A DNA stretch of 64,000 nt from Macrostomum hystrix (GCA_950097015.1 CATNEN010000002.1:7564001-7628000); one strand, 5' to 3'; positions 1 to 12,340 are shown, counted from the first letter of the stretch. Numbers and translations are program-made. Notes: generated from the sequence alone by a model not told the origin.

Positions 1-17
1 AGTTGCTAAGTGCACAC

Positions 18-369
18 CTTTGCATTGTACTATTCGCATAGGCGCTCGGGCTGCAGCATTCGCCTCAGCGAAGGTCTCGGCGGACTGAGCCGCAGTAGCT
101 GCCAGCTTGACCTGAACTGCTGAATCGTTTCGCCTCCTTCCTGAGCTTCGTCTCGGCGTTACTCGGTCCGAGTTGCTGATAGCTGTTTCGTCTCTGTGCC
201 ATCCTCCTCTGGCCTCCTCTCTGCCAAGTTTCGCGCTGTGAACCTGTAGCTCTCCTCGATCACTAACTGACGACGCAGCGGCGGCGAAGCCACCTGGCCT
301 TCCAAAGCTGCGGGATTTCACACCTAGCTGCCCCCAACCCATCCTCCGGTCCCGCGCACTCGCACTCAT
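18..369 (-). CDS. Putative coding exon of an unidentified gene running off the left edge
   Basis: Minus frame open from ATG at 369 (MSASARDRRMGWG...APMRIVQCK) to a GTGTGC donor-like site after 18; no recognisable domain. Confidence 0.25.
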
Positions 370-384
370 CCTTGCGCCCCCCTC

Positions 385-684
385 CAGAATCCTCGCCTTC
401 CACCACAACAGAATCCTCGCCTTCCACCACAACAGAATCCTCGCCTTCCACCACAACAGAATCCTCGCCTTCCACCACAACAGAATCCTCGCCTTCCACC
501 ACAACAGAATCCTCGTCTTCCACCACAACAGAATCCTCGCCTTCCACTACAACAGAATCCTCGCCTTCCACCACAACAGAATCCTCGCCTTCCACCACAA
601 CAGAATCCTCGCCTTCCACCACAACAGAATCCTCGCCTTCCACCACAACAGAATCCTCGCCTTCCACCACAACAGAATCCTCGC
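385..684. repeat. 24-bp minisatellite (CCTCGCCTTCCACCACAACAGAAT), about 12 copies
   Basis: Direct reading; 8-aa periodicity in all overlapping ORFs. Confidence 0.97.
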
Positions 685-1890
685 TGAAGTTGGCGCAGCG
701 AGTGCATTTTCATCTAAAATCTTGTTTCTGCGAGAAATCTTTATTTTGCGCTTCGTTTTTTTTCTCTGTCGTTTTGTTTTATAACTTTCGCCTCGCCCGT
801 ACAGTACAGGCTCGTACAGTATGCCGCTCTCCGTCCTCAGAAAACTGACCTCGGCTCCCTGTCGCTTCAGAGATGGTGTTTCGCTTCTCTCTCTTATGAG
901 ACACTTGAGAGTTGGACAATTAAAACAAGCCCGACTACAATATACAGGCTTTCCATTCGAATTGCCTTTTTCTACTTGGAGCATTGTTGGAGTCCGAGTT
1001 CTAGCTGTTTACTTCTTTCGGCTCGACAGCTGCAGTTGAACTTTCCCCCTCAGCTCAGGGCGGCCCGCGTTCTGACACCTCCAGAGAGCTCCGAGGCAAC
1101 CAATTATGGAGCAATGAGCTGTTCTGAGCTGTCCCTTCCAAAGCAAACTTTCTCGCAGAGCATGAATGAGCGAGTGGAGTGGTCGCTGCAGCTTCAATGC
1201 AAAGCAGGCAGTGGGGCCACGACCTGTGGTGGGCCCCACTGTAAACACACAATGGCAGCGCTTGGGCAAAGACCGAAATTTGGCTCGGGGCCATCGGGTA
1301 GGGAAAGTGACTGCTCAAGACGAGTTAGTGAACGAAAAACTGAGTTCAGGAGAGGGGCTAGGGCGAAGGCCGTTGAGCCGATGTAGGCGTTTGGGCTACG
1401 TTGCAGCATTTGCTGTCATCTGCTGTACTCGCAGAGCCAGTGAAGGACTCGTAGAGAAATGTCTCCTGCAGTCTGTGCTAATTGTGCGTCAAGCATCTAC
1501 TGCTGCAGGCCTTGCATTGTTTTAAGTCTTCAAGTGGACATTTTTGCACGCACTTGGAGAGAAACAATTTTCTAATTCGCGCATCGGTAATGGCGCAGTT
1601 GTGGAATGCTCAGAGCCGTGTGCTCAAGCCTGAGGCTGCTGGGCTGCACCCAGTCCTGAAGTGTGGGGGCGGCGATCCATCGCGCGACCGTTTTTCCGAT
1701 ACAGCACACAATATGGCGAGACGGCATTGTGGATGAAAATTTCATGCATATGGCATCCATACAAACTGGACTCTCCATTCTCAACTAATGCGGATTCGTC
1801 TAAATAGAGTTAAAACTCGTCAGCGTTAGTAAAAGTACATTGCAATCTATTTTAAGCACGAAAATATATCACTTACACTTTGGCTATATA

Positions 1891-1961
1891 GGCTGAGTCA
1901 AGGAATTCTAAATCTAGCCACTTCTAATCAGTTGCTAGATTTAGAACTCCTTGGCTCAGTC
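1891..1961 (+). ncRNA. Candidate pre-miRNA-like hairpin
   Basis: 28-bp stem (1891-1918 with 1934-1961) with 2 G-U pairs and 1 A-C mismatch, 15-nt loop; no expression evidence. Confidence 0.35.
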
Positions 1962-2012
1962 CGATTATGAATGACTATGAACTCGGTCTGAGCCCAATTG
2001 CTTAGCAGCTGC

Positions 2013-3193
2013 ACAATAGGCTAACATGCCAGAGACCAATAATTACAAACTTTGGCCTCAAGAATCCAACAATAGGCTAACATGCCAGAGACCAATAATT
2101 ACAAACTTTGGCCTCAAGAATCCAACAATAGGCTAACATGCCAGAGACCAATAATTACAAACTTTGGCCTCAAGAATCCAACAATAGGCTAACATGCCAG
2201 AGACCAATAATTACAAACTTTGGCCTCAAGAATCCAACAATAGGCTAACATGCCAGAGACCAATAATTACAAACTTTGGCCTCAAGAATCCAACAATAGG
2301 CTAGCATGCCAGAGACCAATAATTACAAACTTTGGCCTCAAGAATCCAACAATAGGCTAACATGCCAGAGACCAATAATTACAAACTTTGGCCTCAAGAA
2401 TCCAACAATAGGCTAGCATGCCAGAGACCAATAATTACAAACTTTGGCCTCAAGAATCCAACAATAGGCTAGCATGCCAGAGACCAATAATTACAAACTT
2501 TGGCCTCAAGAATCCAACAATAGGCTAGCATGCCAGAGACCAATAATTACAAACTTTGGCCTCAAGAATCCAACAATAGGCTAGCATGCCAGAGACCAAT
2601 AATTACAAACTTTGGCCTCAAGAATCCAACAATAGGCTAGCATGCCAGAGACCAATAATTACAAACTTTGGCCTCAAGAATCCAACAATAGGCTAACATG
2701 CCAGAGACCAATAATTACAAACTTTGGCCTCAAGAATCCAACAATAGGCTAGCATGCCAGAGACCAATAATTACAAACTTTGGCCTCAAGAATCCAACAA
2801 TAGGCTAACATGCCAGAGACCAATAATTACAAACTTTGGCCTCAAGAATCCAACAATAGGCTAACATGCCAGAGACCAATAATTACAAACTTTGGCCTCA
2901 AGAATCCAACAATAGGCTAACATGCCAGAGACCAATAATTACAAACTTTGGCCTCAAGAATCCAACAATAGGCTAACATGCCAGAGACCAATAATTACAA
3001 ACTTTGGCCTCAAGAATCCAACAATAGGCAAACATGCCAGAGACCAATAATTACAAACTTTGGCCTCAAGAATCCAACAATAGGCAAACATGCCAGAGAC
3101 CAATAATTACAAACTTTGGCCTCAAGAATCCAACAATAGGCTAGCATGCCAGAGACCAATAATTACAAACTTTGGCCTCAAGAATCCAACAAT
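2013..3193. repeat. 56-bp tandem array, about 21 copies
   Basis: Unit AATAGGCTAACATGCCAGAGACCAATAATTACAAACTTTGGCCTCAAGAATCCAAC recurs at 2015, 2071, 2127... Confidence 0.98.
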
Positions 3194-4396
3194 TTCAATG
3201 CAGTTTGTCCACCGTGGGAAATAAAGTTTTCCACTCAATCCGATCAAACAAAATCCGTAATCACAGGACATCGTCACCATCGGGATATTCAATGATACTC
3301 GTGGGGATTCTGATGGCAAAAAACACCAATTTAAGCATCATCATCAAATAGTACAATTTCTTTCCTTTGTGTTGAAAAGTTTATTTTGCAAACTCGGAAC
3401 AAAACACAAATTAAGCCAGTCTTCAATGTTCGTTTATTTTTCTGGACACTGGCAGTTAAATAAGAACGCTTAAAAAGCGCGGTAATTAAAACATTGGGAG
3501 TAACAACTTGCTCACTACACTACTAGTTAGTAGGAGGCGCATTTTTGCAGACAATTAATGTTCTGCTTATTTTTGTTAAGCTGCTTCTGTCAATAATGAT
3601 GATAGTCGATTTTTTCCAGTAAATTTGTAAGCTTTTTAGTGCCGATTAAAAAGTTTGGACTTGAAAAAGTTGCGACAGAAGCAACCGTAATATGTATTCG
3701 AGATTAAATGAATGAAATAAGCACATTATGCAAGAATGCCTACTACGAGCTAAAAAACGAAATCTCTAGAATCAGTTTATGTAGGAGCGCGTTTTATAAA
3801 TGGCGTTTTTCGATTCCTTTTTACATAATTTTGTAAACAAAAAAACGGATCTTGCAGAAATGTTTCTACAACAAAATTGGACCGCAAAATGGAAATTAAA
3901 ATATTTTTCCGAAGGAATAAGGATATGACAGGGCGCACTGGTTTCAGTAAAATATTGGTTTGATTTTTTGCTGTTTGTTATAATCTATCACTTACGACGA
4001 GGCAATGAAAGCAGATAAACAAAATGACTGGCGCCAATTTAAACGAAAACTTCCAAAAATATTATGATGGTCGAAAAAAATATATTTTAACAAAATAAAA
4101 CATAAAATAATACACTGTGGATTTCTGTATCGAGACTTACCTGCATCGAGATCTAGAAAAAATCAAGGAAAATTTGTCTGAAAATCCATGAAAACTATCC
4201 GACTAAAAGTCTACTGCGGTAAGAGTGGGACTTTTCTAACAACTACGAAGCTTAATGACTCGACTGTGGGATAACAATAGAACCATGGATCTACGATCTA
4301 ATTAGGCTGTGCGAGAATAACTATGTGCATAAATAAGGAGTTGAGAACAGTATTTCGTCATCTCCGCTTCTCCCCTGTCGAGTCACCTGGCCCAGC

Positions 4397-7300
4397 TCAC
4401 TCCGCAGCGGCCGCGCCGCCCCCGGCGTCATCGTCGTCGAAGATCTCGGCCGAGTACTTCTCAATGCAGTCCAGCAGAAAGTCGATGTCAGCCTCGGTGG
4501 CAGCCGGGTTCGAGACGATCATGCGGAAGAAATTGGGCAAATCGCCCAGCGGCTGGTAGCCCACCATGGTTGTGCCGCTCTCCATCATCAGCGCCTTCAC
4601 CTTTGGAGCCACCTGCGTTCATCAACAGGAGGCTGGGCGACTTTTAGTAAATCAACTCCACCAGAGATGGTGGGAGAAAAGACACCTGCATTAAAGATCG
4701 ATACCTGGATTAAAGAGATCTGGATTACCTAGATTATCTAAGTTACCTGGATTATCTAAATTACCTGGATTATCTAAGTTACCTGGATTATCTAAATTAC
4801 CTGGATTATCTAAATTACCTGGATAATCTAAATTACCTGGATATTCTAAATTACCTGGATTATCTAAATTACCTGGATTATCTAAATTACCTGGATTATC
4901 TAAATTACCTGGATTATCTAAATTACCTGGATTATCTAAATTACCTGGATTATCTAAATTACCTGGATTATCTAAATTACCTGGATTATCTACATTACCT
5001 GGATTATCTACATTACCTGGATTATCTAAATTATCTGGATTAGAGAAAGCAGATGGGAATAGGAAATACTCCACAGAGTATTACCTGGATTAGACAGGAT
5101 TACTTGGATTACCTGGATTAGACAGGATTACCTGGATTAGAGAAGATTACCTGGATTAGAGAGTATTACCGAGTACAGGACTACTTGGCACAGGATTACC
5201 TGTCTAATCTAGCTACTACGCCTACCCAAATTTGGACTTTTTCATCGTCAAGTAGTGTACACTCACTGTGCCTTGGGGGTTGGCCCTTTGGGGCTTGAAT
5301 TGCACGACAAGCCATCTATCCGCGGCTGGGCCCAAATGAATGCAGCCTCGCCGCGGAATCGAGTTCAGGGACCTTGGTGCGAGAGGCAGACACTGCCACT
5401 CACCCCCGTCAGTGGACCCTAAGCCGTCTGGGAAGGATCCCAGTGACGGACAGACAGTAACAGAATCGACCTCCTCAGAGACGGAATCGATAAGCATGGG
5501 ATCGCCAACGGGAGCAGGCGAGAATTTTCCCACGAGATCAAGACAGCAGAGATTGAAAGATCAGTAGGTCTCACCTCTCGCAATTGCCACTTTGGGATTT
5601 CTCCCAATGAGCCCTTAGGGGAGAGCATCGGATTTCTAGAGGATAAAATTCAAGAATAATGGACACTCTGAAGAAAGTGTTTTGTTGTCCCATCTGGAGA
5701 TTTTTTGGGATTATCAAGAATCGGGATCGGACTCTGTAGGAATAACAGCACAGATGAGATTTCTTAAGTGGTATTAATTTAATCCACACCTGCTGGATAA
5801 ACTTCTTTGTTTTTTTCCCACAGATTGAGATAACACGTTCTGCCTGGGGATAAAACAGGCGGCTGATAAGCGTCCACCAGATGCTTTATTCAACAAGGCG
5901 AGAATGAGGATTAGGGATTTGAGATTACATTTTTGTTTCTTTTTGTTTTTCTCTGGTTGGCGACTATCAAGAGATTCAGAGAATTAAACAGAAAACGTGA
6001 ACTTACACAAAAATTAATAGGATGGGAATAGGATGGGAATAGGATGGGATTAGGATGGGATTAGGATAAGAATAGGATGGGATTAGGATAGGAAAATAAT
6101 AAGATAGGAATGGGAATAGAATAGGATAGGAATGGGAATATAATAGGATAGGAATGGGAATAGTATAGGATAGGAATGGGGATAGGATGAATTATAATAG
6201 GATTGGAATGGGAACAAGATTGTGATATGAATTGGAACACAAAAATGAATGCCAAAAGCGACTGGAATAAGGATAAGGCATAGAAACAGGACTAACAATG
6301 GCCATCTCCTCTCACCTCATTGACGCGGCTGTCTCTCTCGGGTCCTGGCGGAAGTCTGCGGAACTTCCTGGGTATGTACCAGAAGCAGACGTTGACAAAG
6401 TCGGGCTGAAAATTCATAACATTTAAAGTTTCATTTTGAATTTATTGACAAAAATATCACCTGCTTTAAGGACATGGCGGCCACGATAAGCCAGCAACGC
6501 TTCATCAGGTTTGACCAGCTACTTAGGTCTGAGTGTGTGATGTCATTGGGATAAACATACGCACACACACATGGGATAAAACTCAATCGAGACACCGAGA
6601 CGCCACATCTGATCCCAATCGTCGGGTTAAGATTCTCAGGGCCCAACGATCGGCTTGGCTGAGTAGCAGCCTACGGCACAATGCCCCGATCTCAGTACCT
6701 GCGCCCAATAATTAATTATTCATTCTGAACTCACGACCGAATGAAATTCCTTAAGGATAGACAGGTAAATTGATGGCGCCGTGAGAGACATTGGAAACTG
6801 GGAGAGGTGCCGGACACAGCCCAGGTGATATCGCGTTTCCACAGCAATGCCGAAAAGATCCCCCCAGCCTCAATTTTGAGCTGATGAGCTGAGTAGCCTA
6901 AGCGGATTTGAGCAGTGTGCTCAGGCTTACCTTCTCCATGACCATCTCGTAGCCTTCCCTCTCGGCCAGCTGCTTGCACAGGTAGCTGCAACAGGTAGGT
7001 AGCAGGGTTTGGTGAGTATTGAAAAACAGAACAAACTGGTTGTTGTGCTCAACAGCAAGACACTTAAGTTGTTAGTAGCTAGGGCAGAAAGTCCATGGAC
7101 TGATCGTCAGAGAAACACATACAAGATAAATGAGTTCTTTTTTTAGGCTTACTTGGCGAGGTCGATCAGATAGTCCACCTGATCTCCGTAGCCTTCGTCG
7201 CCCTAAAATTAGGACATTTTTCAAGATTCAGATAAAAAAGACGCGTTGCTATTTCTAGGAAACGCCTGGATGCTTTTAAGAATATTTTTAACTTTCTATA

Positions 7301-10300
7301 AAAGACCGTGTAGATTTTTAGTTATGTTTGCAGGACTTATGATGGCAATTAGGTTTCTTAGAATGATCCGGATAATTTTAAGAAACACAATAAAGTTTCT
7401 AAAAAACACAATAACGTTTCTTAGAAGAAAATGTAAAAAATTTTCTGAAAAAGATCTTTCTGATTATTAGAATGACCATCAAGGTTTCTATGAAATACTT
7501 TGAAATCTTTAAAAAATTGATTAAATATGGATTATCTAATTATATAATTTGAATTTAAATCTTAGAAACTCTGAAATTTCTAAGAAAAACTTTCATGTAA
7601 GACTTGAAAGTGTTCTAAGTATGTTATGTTCTAAGTATGTTATGTTCTAAGTATGTTATGTTCTAAGTATGTTATGTTCTAAGTATGTTATGTTCTAAGT
7701 ATGTTATGTTCTAAGTATGTTATGTTCTAAGTATGTTATGTTCTAAGTATGTTATGTTCTAAGTATGTTATGTTCTAAGTATGTTATGTTCTAAGTATGT
7801 TATGTTCTAAGTATGTTATGTTCTAAGTATGTTATGTTCTAAGTATGTTATGTTCTAAGTATGTTATGTTCTAAGTATGTTATGTTCTAGGTATGTTATG
7901 TTCTAAGTATGTTGGGTTGGGTTTAAAAGAATTTCATGCAGAGGACAAGGCCAAAATCGAACCTTGGCCCTCCAGGACAGCCAGAGCTTGAAGATGTCAT
8001 TCCGGCGGCCGCACTGGATGCTCTTGTCACCGGTGTCGTAGCTGACGTCATACTGCTTGTCCTGCTGGAACAGGTAGTCAGCCTGCATGCCGTTGCAGCG
8101 ATGCAGGAGGCCGATGTGCCTCTCGGGCAGCAGGATCACTGAGCACTGCAGCGTGACTCCCATGAGCTTGTGTGGGTTCCACGTCACCGAGTCGGCACGC
8201 TGAATGCCGGCCAGCAGGTGGCGGTGCCGGCGGCTGAGCAGGACGCCGCCGCCCCAGGCCGTGTCCACGTGGAACCAGAGGCCCTGGCGCTCGCAGACGT
8301 CGGCGATAGCGTTCAACGGATCGAATGCGCCGAGAACTGTCGTGCCGCCGGTGGCGCTGACGAAGAACGGCTCCTGGCCACGACTGCGCGACAGCAGGAT
8401 TTGCTCCTCCAAGTGCTCTGGCAGCATCTGGCCCCTGATTGGGCGGGTGGCGAATTTCCATTGTGATTGTGGTTTGTGAACTGTGTAGACAGGTGAGACT
8501 TCAGCAGCAGCAGTAGAAAGACACGTGTTTTTTACCTGGGGAAATACCGCGAGAAGGTACATGAAAGACCCAATGCCTACTAATCGAAATTTCCCGCTCT
8601 TTACAATGAGCTAATTTTCAAAGCATTCCGACGTCAGCATCGTCCAGATATTCAGTGATTTTTGTCAAAGACCCTGGTGACAATTCTCTGTATTAACCTC
8701 AATGGCGAATAGATTTTAATTTAAATAAATTTTGCGTGTTTTTATTGGTGGTTTTTGCCAACAGACACCCTGACGAGAATCCTTGAACATCTCGACGATG
8801 GCGATGTTTTGTGATTCTGGAAGTCGTTTCATCAGAGAGAGCAGATTATCAAGAGTGGTTGAATATTTTGGAAGAATCAGAAAAAGAAAAATGTTGGATT
8901 TTGAAATACCTTCCGGAGGTCTATCTACAGCTAATTCCGACCCAGTCGCCGCTCACCTGTTGTCGGTGTCAATGAGGTAGACGCTGTCCATGCCAATGCC
9001 GAGAATGGCGGCGGACTTCTTGACCGAGTAGTGGGCGTCCTTCGAGGTGAACATGGCCAGCTCCGGCAGAGCCCGCATGCCGCGCATCTTCACCTCAGGG
9101 AAGCGGTTGTAGCGTGCCACCATGGCGGCGTACAGGTTGGAGATGCTGCCGCCTGGGGCCAGGATGCCGTCGCCATTCTCCCAGCCGATGTGCTCGCGCA
9201 TCTTCTGCAGCGTCACCTCCTCCATGAGCACGAACACCGGCGCGATCTCGTAAGTGAACCTGGAAAAAACGCGGTGATTGAGAGGTCACGAGTTCGAACT
9301 CCAGTTCAAAGGAAAAAATGGTGCCCCTGAGCAAGGCACTTTTATTGAATTAATTTATGCTCCAACTCAGCTACAAAATGTGTACCAGTATTCGTTAGGG
9401 TAGAAAGGTGGGTTTGGGGGCTGTCCACGGACTGAAAAGCAGCGTCTGTACAAGTGGCTGTACATCTGGCCGAACTGGTCTATAGGTGGCATTTTTATGC
9501 CACATTGATTTGGGTTGCAGCCGCGATGAGAAAGTCAGGGCAGATGTACACACCTGTGTGAGCGTGTGCCTGCGTACAGTATCTGTGTGCGTATGTGCTC
9601 AGGAGTCAGCGGAATGAGCAGAATTGCCTGCTCGCTGTTTGCTGCCCGCAGCCCTCCTGCAATTATTAACTATTTAAGAGGCCTCGCACATGTTGGTGTT
9701 GGTGGCAGCCGTGAGCCACTCGCCGGCCATGGCGATGACGTCCAGCCCGGAGGACAGCTGGTTGAAGAAGCGCGGATGGCCGGTCTTGACGGCGTACTTC
9801 AGCGTCTCCTTGCAGTCGCTGAGGATTTGCTCGAGGTCGCGCGGCTCGACTGGGATCTCCAGGCAGTGGCTGAGGGCCTCGCGCAGCTGGTGCGGGTGGT
9901 GGAAGTCCAGCACCTTGTTGCTGCGGTCGTTGATGCGGTGCAGGTACTCCAGCAGCAGGTCCACCACCTCCGTCAGGAAGCTCACGGTGCCCTCGTAGCC
10001 CTGCTCGGCTGGCAGCATCTCTGAAATGGGGAAGAATGAGGAAATTTTTCTTAAGAACCAAATCAATATTACTATGAATAAAATGGTAAATTTTTTAGAA
10101 CACTTTCTAGGAATCAAGAGAGATTTTTCTAAGAATCAAGTAGGATTAAGTAAGAATCGAGACCACTTTTTAAGAACTGGATAGGAACACTTTCTAAGAA
10201 TCAAATGGGATAATTCGAAAACACTTTCTAAGAACTGAATAGGATATTTCGAGTACACTTTCTAATATTCACACAGGATATTTCAAGAACACGTTTTAAG

Positions 10301-11838
10301 AATAAAATGGGATATTTCGAGAACGATTTCTAGGAAATAAATAGGTAACTTCGAAAAAACTTCTTAGAATCAAATGGGGGATCTCTAGAACATATTCTAA
10401 GCATCAAGATAGAAGATTCTGAAATCAATCATTTTCAAGAAGTCATTTAAGCAACGACCACTTTCGTGTCACTAAATTTCAAGAGAGTGTCAATAAACTT
10501 GACTCAAACAGCTCAGCAGAGAATAAAACAACAGTATCGCCCACTTGAGGATCCGACATTGGCGATCCGTTTCACTGACCAAGACACTTCCCAGTTTAGC
10601 CAGAAGTGATGAATGAATGGATCGATGGGAGGCAGACAGTCTTCTCTGATTAAAAGGCCGTTGATGAACGATCTCAGAGACGGCCCATCGTGCTCTGATA
10701 GGATTAAATTCGAGTGCTAAAGAAATGAGGATCTGAGAGGATCTGGGCACTGCTCAGGGTCCGCCATTGATTTCCAATGCTGGCGTCGGGTCTTTCCCCC
10801 AGATGGGAAGTGTTGCCAAGCCGTTAGAGAAGCAGGTGCGAGCTTTTCCCCTACAGGGGTTGGGAAGGGGTGCTCAGCGCTCCGCTTCGTCGATTCCAAA
10901 TGAGAAGTGTCAGATACCAAAGTGGAATCTGAGCGAAAATTTAGGAAATGCAGCAAATCGAATAAACAAAAATTTTTCAAAATAATTTAATCGTGAATCG
11001 TAATTCGCGAAAAGCCTATTTTTGGTAAACAAATGCAGATTGAGGACTTAAAAAAGGAACTGATTTTGTAATCAAAGCTTTAAAAAATTCACAAACATTG
11101 AAATTAACAAACAAAAAATTAACGGACTAAAAAATTAACGGATTTAAAAATTAACGTACTTGAAAAGCAGCTGACTTGCAAATTAACGGACAAGATATAA
11201 GTAACTTTTTTGTTAACTAACGAGCCTGGTAATAAATGAATTCATAATTTGCTACAATAGTTACACGAAGATCGCAATTAACAAATCCTTTCATTAACGG
11301 AACTTGCATTTAACGCACTGCCCCGGTTAACGCTTCACTCACCCTTGCTGTAGGCGCCCTCGAACCTGGACCAGTCCGGCTCGAATCCGACGCCCCGTCT
11401 GCCGCACTTTCCCCGTCCTGCAGCGGCTTCCTCGGCTCCTACGGCAGCCGCCTCCGCATTCTCCGAGGCCGTCGGCAGTTCACGGGCCGGCGCCGGCGGA
11501 GCCTCCATCATCAGCGCCGGACGCTCCAACTCTCCGGCGGCGATGGCGGCTTCGATGGCGGCCTCAGCCTCCTTGGCGGCCGGGGAGGCCAGCAGGAAGT
11601 CGCCATGCCGGGCAGCGAGGCGACCCCTCAACAGGCGGACCGTGTCGAGGACGCGGCCGTCCGCTCCCGGACGGAAGTCCAGCAGGCCTGGATCTAGCGA
11701 GAGCCGGCCGCGCAGCCCGGAGGACTTCTGCCACTGGCTGGCCCGCTGCTGCTGCTGCTGCTGGTTGACACTGGCTAGACCAGCTTTGATGTTGCTGACG
11801 GAGCTGTCTCCCGATTTATTGTTCATGGTGGACAGCAT
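4397..11838 (-). CDS. GAD: Glutamate decarboxylase (PLP-dependent group II decarboxylase), 8 coding exons
   Basis: Exons 11838-11343, 10020-9690, 9259-8957, 8434-7963, 7202-7153, 6985-6931, 6405-6316, 4612-4397; all GT-AG with consistent phases. Motifs [42 protein letters not shown]-lysine [46 protein letters not shown] match GAD rather than CSAD. Confidence 0.95.
4702..5175. repeat. 18-bp intronic minisatellite (TTACCTGGATTATCTAAA) in last GAD intron
   Basis: Homogeneous core about 4724-5042 with degenerate flanks. Confidence 0.95.
5250..5415 (-). mobile_element. SINE family A, diverged 5' portion
   Basis: Shares CCTCGCCGCGGAATCGAG(T/C)TCAGGGACCTTGGTGCGAGAG and TTGCACGACAAGCC with the full copy at 12008-12340. 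Confidence 0.8.
6017..6290. repeat. Low-complexity GGATA/GGAAT repeat in GAD intron
   Basis: Direct reading; pyrimidine-rich on the gene sense strand. Confidence 0.85.
7611..7913. repeat. 16-bp intronic minisatellite (CTAAGTATGTTATGTT), about 19 copies
   Basis: Direct reading. Confidence 0.97.
8560..8682. mobile_element. Dispersed repeat, possibly hAT-derived MITE end
   Basis: Homologous to 18450-18573 (CCGAC.TCAGCATCGTC.AGATA.TCAG.GATT.TTGTCAAAGACCCTGGTGACA); related segment at 8760-8830 matches 3255-3330 in reverse; CAGGG-like end suggests hAT. Confidence 0.5.
9270..9670 (+). mobile_element. Composite SINE: family B head/CORE-like body followed by family A 3' half
   Basis: B-box-like GAGTTCGAACTCC, CCCTGAGCAAGGCAC, GTCCACGGACTGA...GCTGTACATCTGGCC (family B), then GGGCAGATGTACACACCTGTG...CTGCCCGCAGCCCTCCTGCAATTATTA (family A). 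Confidence 0.7.
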
Positions 11839-12007
11839 CTGTAGGTTGGAAGCCGGCAATTCGATTCTGAGCCCATTTGAAACAATCTGAGTCCCAGAGC
11901 AAGACATTTAATTCCCAGTGCTTCACCAGTCCACGGACTGAACAGCTGTAAAGTACAGGTGTCCTTTCTATTCTATTCTATCTGAAGGTGGTTTCCAGGG
12001 CAACCAT

Positions 12008-12340
12008 AATAATCATAAAAAATAATTGCAGGAGGGCTGCGGGCAGTGGCACTAGACCCGCAGCCAGCGAGGAGGCAATTTTGCCCATTTCTCTGGCTCC
12101 TGAGCACACACGCACACAGATACCGTACGCAGGCAGACGCTCACACAGGTGTGTACATCTGCCCTGACTTTCCCATCGCCTTGGAGGTTGGCCCTCAAAG
12201 GCGTAAATTGCACGACAAGCCCCCAAGCCTTCTCTCCGCGGCTGCGCCCCAAATAAATATGGCCTCGCCGCGGAATCGAGCTCAGGGACCTTGGTGCGAG
12301 AGACAAACGCGTTAACCGCTCTGCCACCGACCCCCACCAT
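12008..12340 (-). mobile_element. Full-length tRNA-derived SINE (family A) with 9-bp TSD
   Basis: A box TGGCAGAGCGG (12326-12316), B-box-like GAGCTCGATTCC (12283-12272), AT-rich tail, TSD GGCAACCAT at 11999-12007 and 12341-12349. Confidence 0.85.

Noticed and set aside
1585-1700. A-box-like TGGCGCAGTTGTGG as a Pol III gene
   Set aside because: No B box or cloverleaf downstream
2013-3193. CRISPR-like regular array
   Set aside because: Head-to-tail units with no unique spacers, no cas genes, eukaryotic context; the same applies to all other arrays
11335-11907. Separate 190-aa gene
   Set aside because: It has an acceptor at 11839 and a donor at 11342 in phase with the next GAD exon, so it is GAD coding exon 1
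12272-12340. tRNA gene (also 14520-14585, 32078-32145, 62330-62380)
   Set aside because: No acceptor-stem closure; each continues into a shared SINE body, and one has a TSD
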